DNA of 64,000 nt. It comes from Oscillibacter sp. (GTDB lineage: Bacteria > Bacillota > Clostridia > Oscillospirales > Oscillospiraceae). Under the pieces are notes generated by a model. It was given only the letters and a program-made list of their open reading frames with translations. It was not told the origin of the DNA and did no database searches. Location: the NCBI GenBank assembly GCA_014799925.1, contig JAAVHC010000001.1, positions 30,998 to 94,997 on the forward strand, given 5' to 3'. How positions within the stretch are numbered: position 1 is the first letter of the stretch; each line of letters starts with the position of its first letter. The translations under genes and the position numbers were made by a program. This document shows positions 46,965 through 56,614 of the stretch, in pieces.

Positions 46965-47435
46965 TTACCAACGGAAATGGGCGAAGGCCTTGTTAGATTC
47001 GGCCATCTTGTGGGTGTCCTCCCGCTTTTTCACAGCGGAGCCGGTGTTGTTGGCCGCGTCCATGATCTCGCCGGCCAGGCGCTCGGCCATGGTGCGCTCG
47101 CTGCGGTTGCGGGCGTAGCTGGTCAGCCAGCGCAGACCCAGGGTCTGACGGCGGGCGGGACGAACGTCCATAGGCACCTGATAGGTGGCGCCGCCCACGC
47201 GGCGGGCCTTGACCTCCAGGCTGGGCATAATGTTGTCCATGGCGGTGGTGAACACCTCCAGGGGCTCCTTATCGGTCTTCTCCTTGACGATGTCAAAGGC
47301 GCCGTAAACGATCTTCTGCGCGACGCCCTTCTTGCCGTCCAGCATGATGGAGTTGACCAGCTTGGTCACCAGCACGCTGTTGTACATAGGATCGGGCAGA
47401 ATTTCTCTCTTGGGAACATTACCTCTTCTGGGCAC
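46965..47435 (-). CDS. rpsG: 30S ribosomal protein S7
   Basis: GTG at 47435 after AAGGAGGG gives the canonical (M)[16 protein letters not shown]-terminus. Confidence 0.95.
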   Translation of the reverse strand: MPRRGNVPKREILPDPMYNSVLVTKLVNSIMLDGKKGVAQKIVYGAFDIVKEKTDKEPLEVFTTAMDNIMPSLEVKARRVGGATYQVPMDVRPARRQTLGLRWLTSYARNRSERTMAERLAGEIMDAANNTGSAVKKREDTHKMAESNKAFAHFRW

Positions 47436-47481
47436 GATGCTTCCCTCCTTCATTAAAATTTCATGAAATCACAGGTACTCG

Positions 47482-47507
47482 CCAAGTCGACGCTTGCGTC
47501 GACTTGG
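47482..47507. repeat. Perfect 12 bp-arm palindrome inside the 233 bp rpsL-rpsG spacer
   Basis: CCAAGTCGACGC-TT-GCGTCGACTTGG. The spacer also holds GTTCGCC-GTCA-GGCGGAC and a TTTTCTT..AAGAAAA hairpin (47589..47609) resembling the family 2 core. Confidence 0.8.
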
Positions 47508-47668
47508 GGGCCGGTCGTTGTTCGCCGTCAGGCGGACAATGATGGCCCTCATGGCGTTTCGCACTGCCAAAGAGGGTTGGGGCACAGCTTTTCTTATCAG
47601 GAAAGAAAACTATGTTCAACCGATTGGCAAAGCGATTCGGACTCGCTCCGGGTCCTTTCAGGCGGGGC

Positions 47669-48085
47669 TTACTTGGACTTCGGGCGCTTGGCGCCGTACT
47701 TGGAGCGGGCCTGCATACGGCCCTGAACGCCCTGGGTGTCCAGCGTACCGCGGATGATGTGGTAACGGACGCCGGGGAGGTCCTTGACACGGCCGCCGCG
47801 GATCATGACCACGGAGTGCTCCTGGAGGGAGTGGCCCACGCCGGGAATGTAGGCGGTGACCTCGTAGCCGTTGGTCAGGCGTACACGGGCGATCTTCCGC
47901 AGAGCGGAGTTGGGCTTCTTGGGGGTAGCCGTACGAACGGCGGTGCACACGCCGCGCTTCTGGGGGGAGGGCAGATCGGTCTCCTTGTTCTTCAGGGTGT
48001 TCAGACCGTACTGCATCGCGGGGGCGGTGGACTTGTAGGTCGCCTGCTGCCGGCCCTTGCGAACCAGCTGGTTGAAAGTAGGCAT
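47669..48085 (-). CDS. rpsL: 30S ribosomal protein S12
   Basis: [12 protein letters not shown].. N-terminus and the PNSALRK motif. Confidence 0.98.
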   Translation of the reverse strand: MPTFNQLVRKGRQQATYKSTAPAMQYGLNTLKNKETDLPSPQKRGVCTAVRTATPKKPNSALRKIARVRLTNGYEVTAYIPGVGHSLQEHSVVMIRGGRVKDLPGVRYHIIRGTLDTQGVQGRMQARSKYGAKRPKSK

Positions 48086-48188
48086 AGCTTTCTCCTTTCT
48101 TACAAAAATAGGGGAGCGTACGCTCCGGTTTATTTTTTACAGGATAGTAAAAAATTATCCTGAAAAAACCCAGTTTGCGGGAAAACGC

Positions 48189-48431
48189 TTATTTTAATAG
48201 TGTGACCACTGCGGCACCCACCTGGATGCCGGCGGCCTGCCCCAGCTCCCGCATGCCCCATTGGTCCATGACGGGCACATTCCGCTCCAGACAGAGCGCA
48301 CGGAGGGGGCCGGTGAGGGCGGGGTCGGCGTCCCTGGCCAGATAGACAGCCCGGGCCAGTCCCTCAAGGACTGCCCGGCGGGACTGCTTGGCGCCGGAGA
48401 CCTTCTTTCCGGAGTACAGTTCCTTCAGCAA
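48189..48431 (-). CDS. L7Ae/L30e-family ribosome-associated protein (YbxF/RplGB-like)
   Basis: TTG start 7 nt after GGGAGG. 80 aa. DADP and ..GIQVGAAVV.. motifs as in B. subtilis YbxF. Occupies the position upstream of rpsL seen in Firmicutes. Confidence 0.8.
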   Translation of the reverse strand: MLKELYSGKKVSGAKQSRRAVLEGLARAVYLARDADPALTGPLRALCLERNVPVMDQWGMRELGQAAGIQVGAAVVTLLK

Positions 48432-48487
48432 ACGGACGCCTCCCTTGGCACGCCAAAATTCGCAGAGTTCTTTCCACGCAGTTTTTA

Positions 48488-48516
48488 ATTATAGCACACC
48501 GGGCACACAGCGTCAA
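48488..48516 (-). promoter_or_regulatory. Strong sigma-A-like promoter of the ybxF-rpsL-rpsG-fusA-tuf operon
   Basis: Minus strand: TTGACG (48511..48516), 17 nt spacer, TATAAT (48488..48493). Confidence 0.7.
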
Positions 48517-48658
48517 GCATATTTTTGCCAAATTCAATGGCCGGAGAGCCTCTTTTCACGGCAAAATTGCCGCTTTTTTCCGCCTGCCGCCCCGCGGAAG
48601 GAAATTTGAGAAGGGAGGAGCGGAGAAAGTGCGGATTTACATAAATGAAAAAAGAATC

Positions 48659-48687
48659 TTTACCTTTCGTTGTTTTTTTGTTATAAT
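48659..48687 (+). promoter_or_regulatory. Sigma-A-like promoter for recJ-rel
   Basis: TTTACC (48659..48664), 17 nt spacer, TATAAT (48682..48687). Confidence 0.5.
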
Positions 48688-48733
48688 GTCTTTTGTTGTA
48701 TAAAAACAGCTGGAAGGAAAGGGGGGAGGCCTT

Positions 48734-50824
48734 ATGAAATACGCCAGATGGACAGGCGGCGGCTATGATGAAGCCGCCGCGGAAGCCCTGTCCGCCGCGG
48801 GCTATCCCGCGCTGCTTTCCGCCGTGCTGGCCGCGCGGGGCGTGGCCTCGCCGGAGGCCGCTGCCGTGGCCCTGGAGCGGGAGCGGGACCTCACCCATTC
48901 TCCTCTCCTGATGAAGGATATGGATAAGGCTGTGGCCCGGATCCGCCGGGCTCTGGCGGAGGGCGAGCGGATCGCCGTCTTTGGCGACTACGATGTGGAC
49001 GGCATCACCTCCACGGTGCTGCTGATGGACTATCTCCGCTCGAAGGGGGCGGACTGCGTCAAGCATATCCCCCGCCGGGTGGAGGATGGCTACGGCCTGG
49101 GAAAGGAAGCCCTGCGTGCCCTGTGGGAGAAGGGGGTCACGCTGGTGATTACCGTGGACTGCGGCATCACCGGCGTGGAGGAGGCCCGGTTCGCCAGGAG
49201 CCTCGGGCTGGATCTGGTGATTACCGACCACCACGAGTGCAAGGAGGAGCTGCCGGACGCCGTGGCGGTGGTGGACCCCCGGCGGCCGGACTGCCCCTAT
49301 CCCTTCAAGCACCTGGCGGGCGTGGGCGTGGCACTGAAGCTGGCGCTGGCGCTGGATGAGCAGCGGGAGGAGGCCCTTTTTGCCCGGTACTGCACCCTGG
49401 CCGCCGTTGGAACCGTGGCCGACGTGATGCCCATGTCCGGAGAGAACCGGACCATCGTTTACCGGGGGCTGGAGGCCATCGGCAGCACGGACTTCCTGGG
49501 CCTCAGGGCCCTGCTGCGGGAGACGGGGCTGGCGGACAGGGAGGTTTCCTCCATCCAGATCGGCTTCATCCTTGCCCCCCGGATCAACGCCGCCGGCCGG
49601 ATGGGGGAGGCGGAGCTGGCCGCCGACCTGCTGCTGACCAATGATCCCGCCAGAGCGGAGGTGCTGGCCAGAGAGCTGTGCGGCCTCAACCGGGAGCGTC
49701 AGGCGGTGGAGCAGGAGATTTTCGCCCAGGCGGTGGAGCAGATCGGCCTTCTGCCCGCCGGGGAGCGCAGCGCCCTGGTCCTCTCCAGCGATGTGTGGCA
49801 TCAGGGCGTGGTGGGCATCGTCGCCAGCCGGCTCAGTGAGAAATATTCCTGCCCCAGCTTTATGATCCATCTGCAAAACGGCGTGGGCAAGGGCTCCTGC
49901 CGCAGCTATGGCGGATTCAATCTGTTTGCCGCGCTGGAGTCCTGCCGGGACCTGCTGGTGGATTTCGGCGGCCATGAGCTGGCGGCCGGGTTCAATATCC
50001 GGGAGGAGGATATTCCCGCCTTCCGCAGGCGGATGAACCGGTGCGTGTGCGATTACCGCAACGGAGAGACGCCGGTGTCCTCCCTGGCGGTGGATGTGGA
50101 GATTCGCCGGCCGGAGTGGATCACGCTGGAGGAAATGGAGGCCCTGGCCCGCCTGGAGCCTTACGGTTCCGGCAACGAGCGGCCGGTGTTCTCCATCATG
50201 GGCGCCCGGGTGGAGAGCATGCAGGGCGTGGGACAGAACCGGCATCTGAAGCTGCGGCTGGTCAAGGGAGAGTGCCGGTTTGACGCGATCTTTTTCTCCG
50301 CCACCGCAGCCGCCTGCGGTGTGTCCGCGGGGATGCGGGTGGACGCGGCTTTCCATTTGCAGATCAACGAGTTCCGGGGGGTCAACAGCATCCAGCTTCA
50401 GCTGGTGGATCTGCGTCCCGCCGCCGGACCGAGCCAGCGGGAGCGGGAGTGCCTGGAGCTGGTGGACCGTCTCGTGGGAGACGGCGGCGTGACGGCGGAG
50501 GAGGCGGTCCGGCTGCTGCCGGAGCGGCGGCAGTTCGCGGCGCTCTGGCGGGCCATCGAGCGGCTGGAACTGGAGGGGGAGGCCTCCGCCTGCCGCCTGC
50601 CCATCCTGCGGAGGCTGGCGGGCGCGCTGGACGGCGCCGAGTCCTTCCTGCGGGCCGCGCTGGGGGTGGAGGTCTTTGCCGAGAGGGGCCTTGTCACCCT
50701 GGTGGTCCAGGAGGATATGATGATATTGCGCCCCGTGCCCGGCAGAAGGGCGGACCTGGAGCAGAGCGCCTACGTGCGCCGGCTGCGCCGGGTTCTGGGG
50801 CAGGACGAGAAGGGAGCTGAGTGA
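48734..50824 (+). CDS. recJ: Single-stranded-DNA-specific exonuclease RecJ
   Basis: DHH motifs (FGDYDVDGITS, VDCG, ITDHHE) and the DHHA1 region. Confidence 0.93.
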   Translation: MKYARWTGGGYDEAAAEALSAAGYPALLSAVLAARGVASPEAAAVALERERDLTHSPLLMKDMDKAVARIRRALAEGERIAVFGDYDVDGITSTVLLMDYLRSKGADCVKHIPRRVEDGYGLGKEALRALWEKGVTLVITVDCGITGVEEARFARSLGLDLVITDHHECKEELPDAVAVVDPRRPDCPYPFKHLAGVGVALKLALALDEQREEALFARYCTLAAVGTVADVMPMSGENRTIVYRGLEAIGSTDFLGLRALLRETGLADREVSSIQIGFILAPRINAAGRMGEAELAADLLLTNDPARAEVLARELCGLNRERQAVEQEIFAQAVEQIGLLPAGERSALVLSSDVWHQGVVGIVASRLSEKYSCPSFMIHLQNGVGKGSCRSYGGFNLFAALESCRDLLVDFGGHELAAGFNIREEDIPAFRRRMNRCVCDYRNGETPVSSLAVDVEIRRPEWITLEEMEALARLEPYGSGNERPVFSIMGARVESMQGVGQNRHLKLRLVKGECRFDAIFFSATAAACGVSAGMRVDAAFHLQINEFRGVNSIQLQLVDLRPAAGPSQRERECLELVDRLVGDGGVTAEEAVRLLPERRQFAALWRAIERLELEGEASACRLPILRRLAGALDGAESFLRAALGVEVFAERGLVTLVVQEDMMILRPVPGRRADLEQSAYVRRLRRVLGQDEKGAE

Positions 50825-50827
50825 CCC

Positions 50828-53056
50828 ATGGTCACAGTGGAAGAGCGGTATGAGCATCTGGAAAAGACCATCCGGGGGTATAATATCTCCGCGGATCTGG
50901 GTCAGATCAGGGCCGCCTATGAATACGCGAGGGAGCACCACGGCGAGCAGATGCGCCGGGACGGTTCCCCTTATATTACCCATCCCATCCAGGTGGCCCA
51001 GATCGTGGCGGAGATGCGGCTGGACAGCGAGTCCATTATTGCCGCCCTCCTTCACGACTGCATCGAGGACACCGACTGCACCTATGAGGACATTGCCAAG
51101 CGCTTTGGCGTGACGGTGGCGGACATCGTGGACGGGGTCACCAAGCTGACGCGGGTGCAGTACTCCACCATGGAAGAGGAGCAGATGGAAAATCTGCGGA
51201 AGATGCTCTTCGCCATGAGCCGGGACATCCGGGTGATCCTCATCAAGATCGCCGACCGGCTGCATAACATGCGGACCATGGAGTACCAGACCCCGGCCAA
51301 GCAGAAGAAGAAAGCCTTCGAGACCATGGAGATCTACGCGCCCATCGCCCACCGGCTGGGCATGCAGAAGGTGAAGTGGGAGCTGGAGGATCTGTCTCTG
51401 AAATATCTGGACCCGGTGGCCTATGACGAGATCACCCGAAGCATTGAGGAGGAGAGCGCCCAGCACGACCAGTTCATGGAGCGGGTGCAGAATGAAATTA
51501 CCAACCGCCTGACGGAGCTGGGGATTCCCCGCGCCACTGTCTATGGCCGGGTGAAGCATCCCTACAGCATCTACCGCAAGATGTACGCCCAGGAGAAGAC
51601 CATGGAGGAGGTCTACGACCTTTTTGCTTTCCGGGTGCTGGTGGACACGGTGTCGGACTGCTATAATGTCCTGGGCGTGATCCACGATCTGTACAAGCCG
51701 ATTCTGGGACGGTTCAAGGACTATATCGCCACACCCAAGCCCAACATGTACCAATCCCTTCACACCACCGTCATCGGCGAGGAGGGCATCCCCTTCGAGG
51801 TGCAGATCCGCACCTACGACATGCACGCCATCGCCGAGTACGGCGTGGCCGCCCACTGGAAATACAAGCAGGGCATCAAAAAAGAGGGCAGCGAGGCCGA
51901 TTACGAGTGGATCCGCCGGCTGCTGGAGAATCAGGAGGACGCGGACGCGGAGGAGTTCATCCACTCGCTGAAGGTGGATATGTTCTCCGATGAGGTCTTT
52001 GTCTTCACCCCCCGGGGGGATGTTGTGAATCTGCCCGCCGGGTCCACGCCCATTGACTTCGCCTACTCCATCCACTCCGCCATCGGCAATACCATGGTGG
52101 GGGCCAGGGTCAACGGCCGGATGGTGGGCTTTGATTATCAGCTCCATAACGGCGACGTGGTGGAGATCAACACCTCCAAGGCCGCCCACGGGCCCAGCCG
52201 CGACTGGATGAAAACCGCCAAGAGCAGCGAGGCCCGCAGCAAGATCCGCCAGTGGTTCAAGCGGGAGCGCCGGGAGGAGAACATCGCCCAGGGCCGGGCC
52301 TCCTTTGAGGCGGAGCTGAAGCATATCGGACTGACCATGGCGCAGATTACCGCGCCTGACGTGCTGCCCAGCATCCTCAAGCGGGTCAGCTTCCAGTCCC
52401 TGGACGAGATGTACGCGGCCATCGGCTATGGCGGACTGACCTCCGTGAAAGCGGCCAACCGGGTCCGCGACGAGATGCTGCAATTGAACCGCGCCGCCGC
52501 CCTGGCGAAAGCCGCCGAGGAGGCCGCCGCCAAAGCCGCCCAGGAGGCGAAGGCCGCGCAGGAAGCCAGGCAGCCGAATCTGCCCAGGAAGGTCAAGAGC
52601 GAGAAGGGGATCGTGGTAGAGGGCCTCAGCAACTGCCTGGTCAAATTTTCCAAGTGCTGCGCCCCCGTGCCGGGGGATGAGATCATTGGCTTCATCACCC
52701 GCGGCTACGGCGTGTCCGTCCACCGGAAGGACTGCCCCAACGCCCAGCCGGGCCACCACGTGGAGGCCAATCAGGGCCGCTGGATCAAGGTCAGCTGGAG
52801 CGACGATATCCGGGATTCCTACTCCACCGCCCTGGAGGTGGTGTGCAAGGACCGGCCCAATCTGCTGGTGGACATCTCCACGGCCATGAGCACCTGCAAG
52901 GTGAACGTCAACGGTCTGAACGTCCACACCACCGCCGACGGCTTCGCCATCTTCCACCTGATGATCTCCGTGACCAACGCCGAGCAGCTGAATCAGGTCA
53001 TGCGGAAAATCCATCAGATCTCCAGCGTGATGAAGGTCAACCGGCCGGCGGGATAA
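50828..53056 (+). CDS. rel: Bifunctional (p)ppGpp synthetase/hydrolase, long RSH (Rel)
   Basis: HD hydrolase (HPIQVA..LHDCIEDT), synthetase, TGS and ACT regions. 742 aa. Confidence 0.95.
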   Translation: MVTVEERYEHLEKTIRGYNISADLGQIRAAYEYAREHHGEQMRRDGSPYITHPIQVAQIVAEMRLDSESIIAALLHDCIEDTDCTYEDIAKRFGVTVADIVDGVTKLTRVQYSTMEEEQMENLRKMLFAMSRDIRVILIKIADRLHNMRTMEYQTPAKQKKKAFETMEIYAPIAHRLGMQKVKWELEDLSLKYLDPVAYDEITRSIEEESAQHDQFMERVQNEITNRLTELGIPRATVYGRVKHPYSIYRKMYAQEKTMEEVYDLFAFRVLVDTVSDCYNVLGVIHDLYKPILGRFKDYIATPKPNMYQSLHTTVIGEEGIPFEVQIRTYDMHAIAEYGVAAHWKYKQGIKKEGSEADYEWIRRLLENQEDADAEEFIHSLKVDMFSDEVFVFTPRGDVVNLPAGSTPIDFAYSIHSAIGNTMVGARVNGRMVGFDYQLHNGDVVEINTSKAAHGPSRDWMKTAKSSEARSKIRQWFKRERREENIAQGRASFEAELKHIGLTMAQITAPDVLPSILKRVSFQSLDEMYAAIGYGGLTSVKAANRVRDEMLQLNRAAALAKAAEEAAAKAAQEAKAAQEARQPNLPRKVKSEKGIVVEGLSNCLVKFSKCCAPVPGDEIIGFITRGYGVSVHRKDCPNAQPGHHVEANQGRWIKVSWSDDIRDSYSTALEVVCKDRPNLLVDISTAMSTCKVNVNGLNVHTTADGFAIFHLMISVTNAEQLNQVMRKIHQISSVMKVNRPAG

Positions 53057-53058
53057 AC

Positions 53059-53089
53059 AAACAAATGTTTCACGTGAAACATTTGTTTT
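53059..53089 (+). terminator. Perfect palindrome (15 bp arms, no spacer) between rel and dtd; possible terminator or attenuator
   Basis: AAACAAATGTTTCAC|GTGAAACATTTGTTT ending in a short T-run. The AT-rich stem makes terminator strength uncertain. Confidence 0.45.
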
Positions 53090-53107
53090 AAAAAGGAGGA
53101 GCTTTCT

Positions 53108-53548
53108 ATGCGGGCAGTCGTCACGCGGGTGAAATCCGCGTCGGTAGAAATTGACGGAAAAATCAACGGCCGGATCGGCCAGGGATATCTGATCCTGCTG
53201 GGGGTAGGCCCCAATGATACGGAAGAAACCGCCGTGAAGCTGGCGGACAGGATATGCAATCTGCGCATCTTCGAGGACGAGAACGGGAAAATGAACCGGA
53301 ACCTGGAGCAGGCGGGGGGGAGCATCCTGGTGGTGAGTCAGTTCACCCTCTATGCCGACACCTCCAGCCGCCGCCCGGGGTTTTCCGGCGCGGCGAAGCC
53401 GGATCTGGCCATTCCATTGTATGAGAAGTTCATGGCCCGCTGCCGGGAGAGGGGCTTTACCGTGGAGCACGGGGAGTTCGGGGCGGATATGCAGGTCTTT
53501 TCCCAGAACGACGGGCCGGTGACGATTCTGTTTGATACAGAGAAATAG
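53108..53548 (+). CDS. dtd: D-aminoacyl-tRNA deacylase
   Basis: MRAVVTRV..SQFTLYAD.. motifs. 146 aa. Confidence 0.95.
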   Translation: MRAVVTRVKSASVEIDGKINGRIGQGYLILLGVGPNDTEETAVKLADRICNLRIFEDENGKMNRNLEQAGGSILVVSQFTLYADTSSRRPGFSGAAKPDLAIPLYEKFMARCRERGFTVEHGEFGADMQVFSQNDGPVTILFDTEK

Positions 53549-53560
53549 GAGTAAATTGCC

Positions 53561-54181
53561 ATGTTTTTTGATACCATCTCCGTTGGACAGATCAGCACCA
53601 ACTGTTATTTGATTGGTGATGAAAAAGAAGGCGTCTGCGCCGTAGTGGACCCCGGCGGGTCCCCGGAGCGTATCCTTGCCATGATCGAAAAGAGCGGGCT
53701 GGAGCTGAAGATGATCCTCCTGACCCACGGCCACTGGGACCATGTGGGAGCCATTCCCGCCCTGCTGGAGAAATGGCCTGATCTGCCGGTGTACGCCCAT
53801 GAGAAGGAGCTGTGCCCCGCGGACGAGCCGAACCCCCACTACTTCTTTCCGCACGCCGGGAAACATCAGCGGACCTGCGGCGAGGGAGATACCCTCTCCC
53901 TGGGAAGCCTGCAATTGCGGGTCCTGCACACCCCCGGCCACTCCGCCGGGAGCGTGGTGGTCCTGACGGAGGACGTGATGCTCAGCGGGGATACCCTGTT
54001 TGCCGGGACCTGCGGGCGCTGCGACCTGCCCGGAGGGGACGAGGAGGACATGCTGGCCTCCCTGGCCCGGCTGGGACGGCTGGAGGGGGACTATCGGGTC
54101 TGCCCCGGCCACGGGGCGCTGTCTACCCTGGAGAGGGAGCGGCAGAGCAATCCCTATATGAAGCAGGCGATGCGTCTATGA
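53561..54181 (+). CDS. MBL-fold metallo-hydrolase (glyoxalase II-like)
   Basis: HxHxDH motif (LTHGHWDHVG). 206 aa. Confidence 0.9.
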   Translation: MFFDTISVGQISTNCYLIGDEKEGVCAVVDPGGSPERILAMIEKSGLELKMILLTHGHWDHVGAIPALLEKWPDLPVYAHEKELCPADEPNPHYFFPHAGKHQRTCGEGDTLSLGSLQLRVLHTPGHSAGSVVVLTEDVMLSGDTLFAGTCGRCDLPGGDEEDMLASLARLGRLEGDYRVCPGHGALSTLERERQSNPYMKQAMRL

Positions 54182-55689
54182 AACTGATTTTTACCGGCCA
54201 CGACTACCGCTATGCCGTGGAGCAGAGCCTGCTGGCCTTTTTCCCCAGCGAGCGCCCCGTCTACGAGGGCGGGGACCCCAACACGGCCCAGGTCCGGCTG
54301 ACGCTGGACGGCCAGACCGCCCATGCCGCCACGGAGCTGTCGGTGGGCGGCAAAACCGCCGGCGGAGCGTCCCGGGCCGACGTTTCCGGGGCCGTGGATG
54401 ATTATGAGCGGGAGCGGCTGCTGCAAAGGGCCGTGAAGCTCAGCTTCTTCGAGGCCGCCCGGTCCCTCACCGGCGTGACCCCCGCCTGGGGAGCCCTTAC
54501 CGGCATCCGGCCCGCCAAGCTGGCGGCGGGACTGCTGGAGGAGGGGAAGAGCGAGGCGGAGGCGGACGCCATCCTGCGGGACACCTACTTTGTCTCCGAT
54601 TCCCGGCGGGCGCTGTGCCTGCCCTGCGCCAGGGCGGGACTGGAGGCCAGGCGGGGACTGGAGAAAAACGAGATATCCCTGTATATCGGAATCCCCTTCT
54701 GCCCCACCCGCTGCGCCTATTGCAGCTTCGTCAGCAACAGCGTGGAAAAGAGCTTCCACCTGGTGGAGCCCTATTTGCAGGCTCTGCTGGCGGAGGTGGA
54801 GAGCGCGGGGGCCATGGTGCGGGAGCTTGGGCTGAACATCAGGTCCTTCTACATGGGCGGCGGCACGCCCACCACTCTGACGGCGGACCAGATGGACCGC
54901 CTGCTGGGGGCGGTGCATCAAAACTTTGACCTCTCCAGTGCGGTGGAGCTGACGGTGGAGGCCGGGAGGCCGGACACCATTACGGCGGAGAAGCTGGCGG
55001 CGCTGGGTCAAAACGGCGTGAACCGGGTCAGCGTCAATCCCCAGTCCATGTCGGACAGGGTGCTTGCCGCCATCGGGCGGCGGCACAGCGCGGACGACAT
55101 CCGCGCCGCCATGGAGCTGGTGCAGAAGGCCGGGTTCCCCCACGTGAACATGGACCTCATCGCCGGGCTGCCGGAGGACACCCCGGAGCAGTTCCGCAGG
55201 ACCCTGGACGAGGCGTCGGCCTTCGGCACCGACAACATCACCGTCCACACCCTGAGCCTGAAGAAGGGAAGCCGCATTACCCTGGAGGGCACCCGCATCC
55301 CCTCGGTGGAGGAGGTGGGGGAGATGCTGGACTATGTGCCGGAAAAGCTGAGACCCATGGGCTTCGCGCCCTACTACCTCTACCGGCAGAAGTATATGTC
55401 CGGCAGCTTTGAGAACGTGGGCTGGTGCCGTCCCGGCGGCACCGGGTGGTACAACATCTATATCATGGAGGAGCTTCACAGCATCCTCAGCCTGGGCGCG
55501 GGAGGCTCCACCAAGATGGTGGACCCGGCTCATAACCGCATCGAGCGGGTGTTCAACCTGAAATATCCCCAGGAGTATATCCAGCGGCCGGAAAAGATTG
55601 CCGCCAACCAGGCGGCCTTCCGGGCGTTTTACCTGAAAATGATGGAATCATCAGAAAGGAGCAGTGGAAATGGCATACTCACTCAGTAA
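54178..55689 (+). CDS. hemZ: Radical SAM coproporphyrinogen dehydrogenase HemZ-like protein
   Basis: ATG at 54178 overlaps the upstream stop (ATGA). CxxxCxxC motif CPTRCAYCSF. The longer ORF 53812..55689 was rejected. Confidence 0.85.
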   Translation: MKLIFTGHDYRYAVEQSLLAFFPSERPVYEGGDPNTAQVRLTLDGQTAHAATELSVGGKTAGGASRADVSGAVDDYERERLLQRAVKLSFFEAARSLTGVTPAWGALTGIRPAKLAAGLLEEGKSEAEADAILRDTYFVSDSRRALCLPCARAGLEARRGLEKNEISLYIGIPFCPTRCAYCSFVSNSVEKSFHLVEPYLQALLAEVESAGAMVRELGLNIRSFYMGGGTPTTLTADQMDRLLGAVHQNFDLSSAVELTVEAGRPDTITAEKLAALGQNGVNRVSVNPQSMSDRVLAAIGRRHSADDIRAAMELVQKAGFPHVNMDLIAGLPEDTPEQFRRTLDEASAFGTDNITVHTLSLKKGSRITLEGTRIPSVEEVGEMLDYVPEKLRPMGFAPYYLYRQKYMSGSFENVGWCRPGGTGWYNIYIMEELHSILSLGAGGSTKMVDPAHNRIERVFNLKYPQEYIQRPEKIAANQAAFRAFYLKMMESSERSSGNGILTQ

Positions 55690-56614
55690 GATCAACGACG
55701 CCGTCCGCAGCGATCCCCAGGGCTTTGTGCAGGAGAGCGACGCGGCCTACGAGAAGAAGATCGAAGCCGCCGCCCGGAAGATCGCGGAGAATCTCTCCCA
55801 ATCCCGGATCGTCCTTCTCTCCGGCCCCTCCGGCAGCGGGAAGACCACCACCGCGAAGAAAATCGAGGCCAGGCTGGAGAAGATGGGCATCAACTCCCAC
55901 GCCGTGTCCATGGACAACTACTTCAGGACCGTGGATCCGGAGACCTCTCCCAGAAACCGGGAGGGACAGATCGACTATGAGTCCCCCTTCTGCATGGACA
56001 TGGACCTGCTCAATCAGCATTTCTCCGCCCTGGACCGGGGGGAGAAGATCCGGATCCCCAAATTTGAGTTTGCCCGCCAGATGCGCTCGGACATCAAGAG
56101 CCAGCCGCTCCAGCTGGGGAAGGACGAGATCGCCATCTTCGAGGGCATCCACGCCCTCAACGACGTCATTACCGGCCGGAACCCCGCCGCCGCCAAGGTC
56201 TATATCTCCGCCCGCTCCGACATTCTGGACGACGCGGGGAATGTGATATTCAAGCGGACCTGGCTGCGCCTGGAGCGGCGCACGGTGCGGGACAGCAAGT
56301 TCCGGGCCTGGAAGGCGGATGTGACGGTAAAAATGTGGGCCAACGTCCGCCGGGGGGAGAAGCTGTACATATCTCCCTTCAAGGACAACGCCAGCATCAT
56401 GTTTGACACCACGCTGCCCTACGAGATCAGCGCCATCCGCGCCTTTGCCCAGCCCCTGTTCGACCACCTGCGGGTGTCCCCGGACATGGAGCGGTACGAG
56501 GAGGTCCACCAGCTGGCGGCGGCCTACCCCCGGTTCGAGGTGCTGGAGGAGAAATACGTGGCCTCCGATTCCCTGATCCGGGAGTTCATCGGCGGCGGCA
56601 TCTATGACGATTGA
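55670..56614 (+). CDS. Uridine kinase-like / nucleoside kinase family P-loop protein
   Basis: ATG at 55670 lies 8 nt after AAAGGAG. P-loop LLSGPSGSGKTTTAKK followed by SMDNYF. Confidence 0.7.
   Translation: MAYSLSKINDAVRSDPQGFVQESDAAYEKKIEAAARKIAENLSQSRIVLLSGPSGSGKTTTAKKIEARLEKMGINSHAVSMDNYFRTVDPETSPRNREGQIDYESPFCMDMDLLNQHFSALDRGEKIRIPKFEFARQMRSDIKSQPLQLGKDEIAIFEGIHALNDVITGRNPAAAKVYISARSDILDDAGNVIFKRTWLRLERRTVRDSKFRAWKADVTVKMWANVRRGEKLYISPFKDNASIMFDTTLPYEISAIRAFAQPLFDHLRVSPDMERYEEVHQLAAAYPRFEVLEEKYVASDSLIREFIGGGIYDD

Noticed and set aside
48485-54112. An 1875 aa stop-free ORF on the minus strand, the longest ORF in the window.
   Set aside because: It lies antisense to recJ, rel, dtd and the MBL hydrolase gene, all of which have unmistakable family motifs. 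These four genes share the same reading frame: 48734, 50828, 53108 and 53561 are all congruent modulo 3. Rare TTA/CTA/TCA sense codons in a GC-rich genome therefore leave the in-register antisense frame free of stops. The translation is low-complexity G/H/L/P/Q/A/V-rich. It also runs through the str operon promoter and the recJ promoter. This is a shadow ORF.
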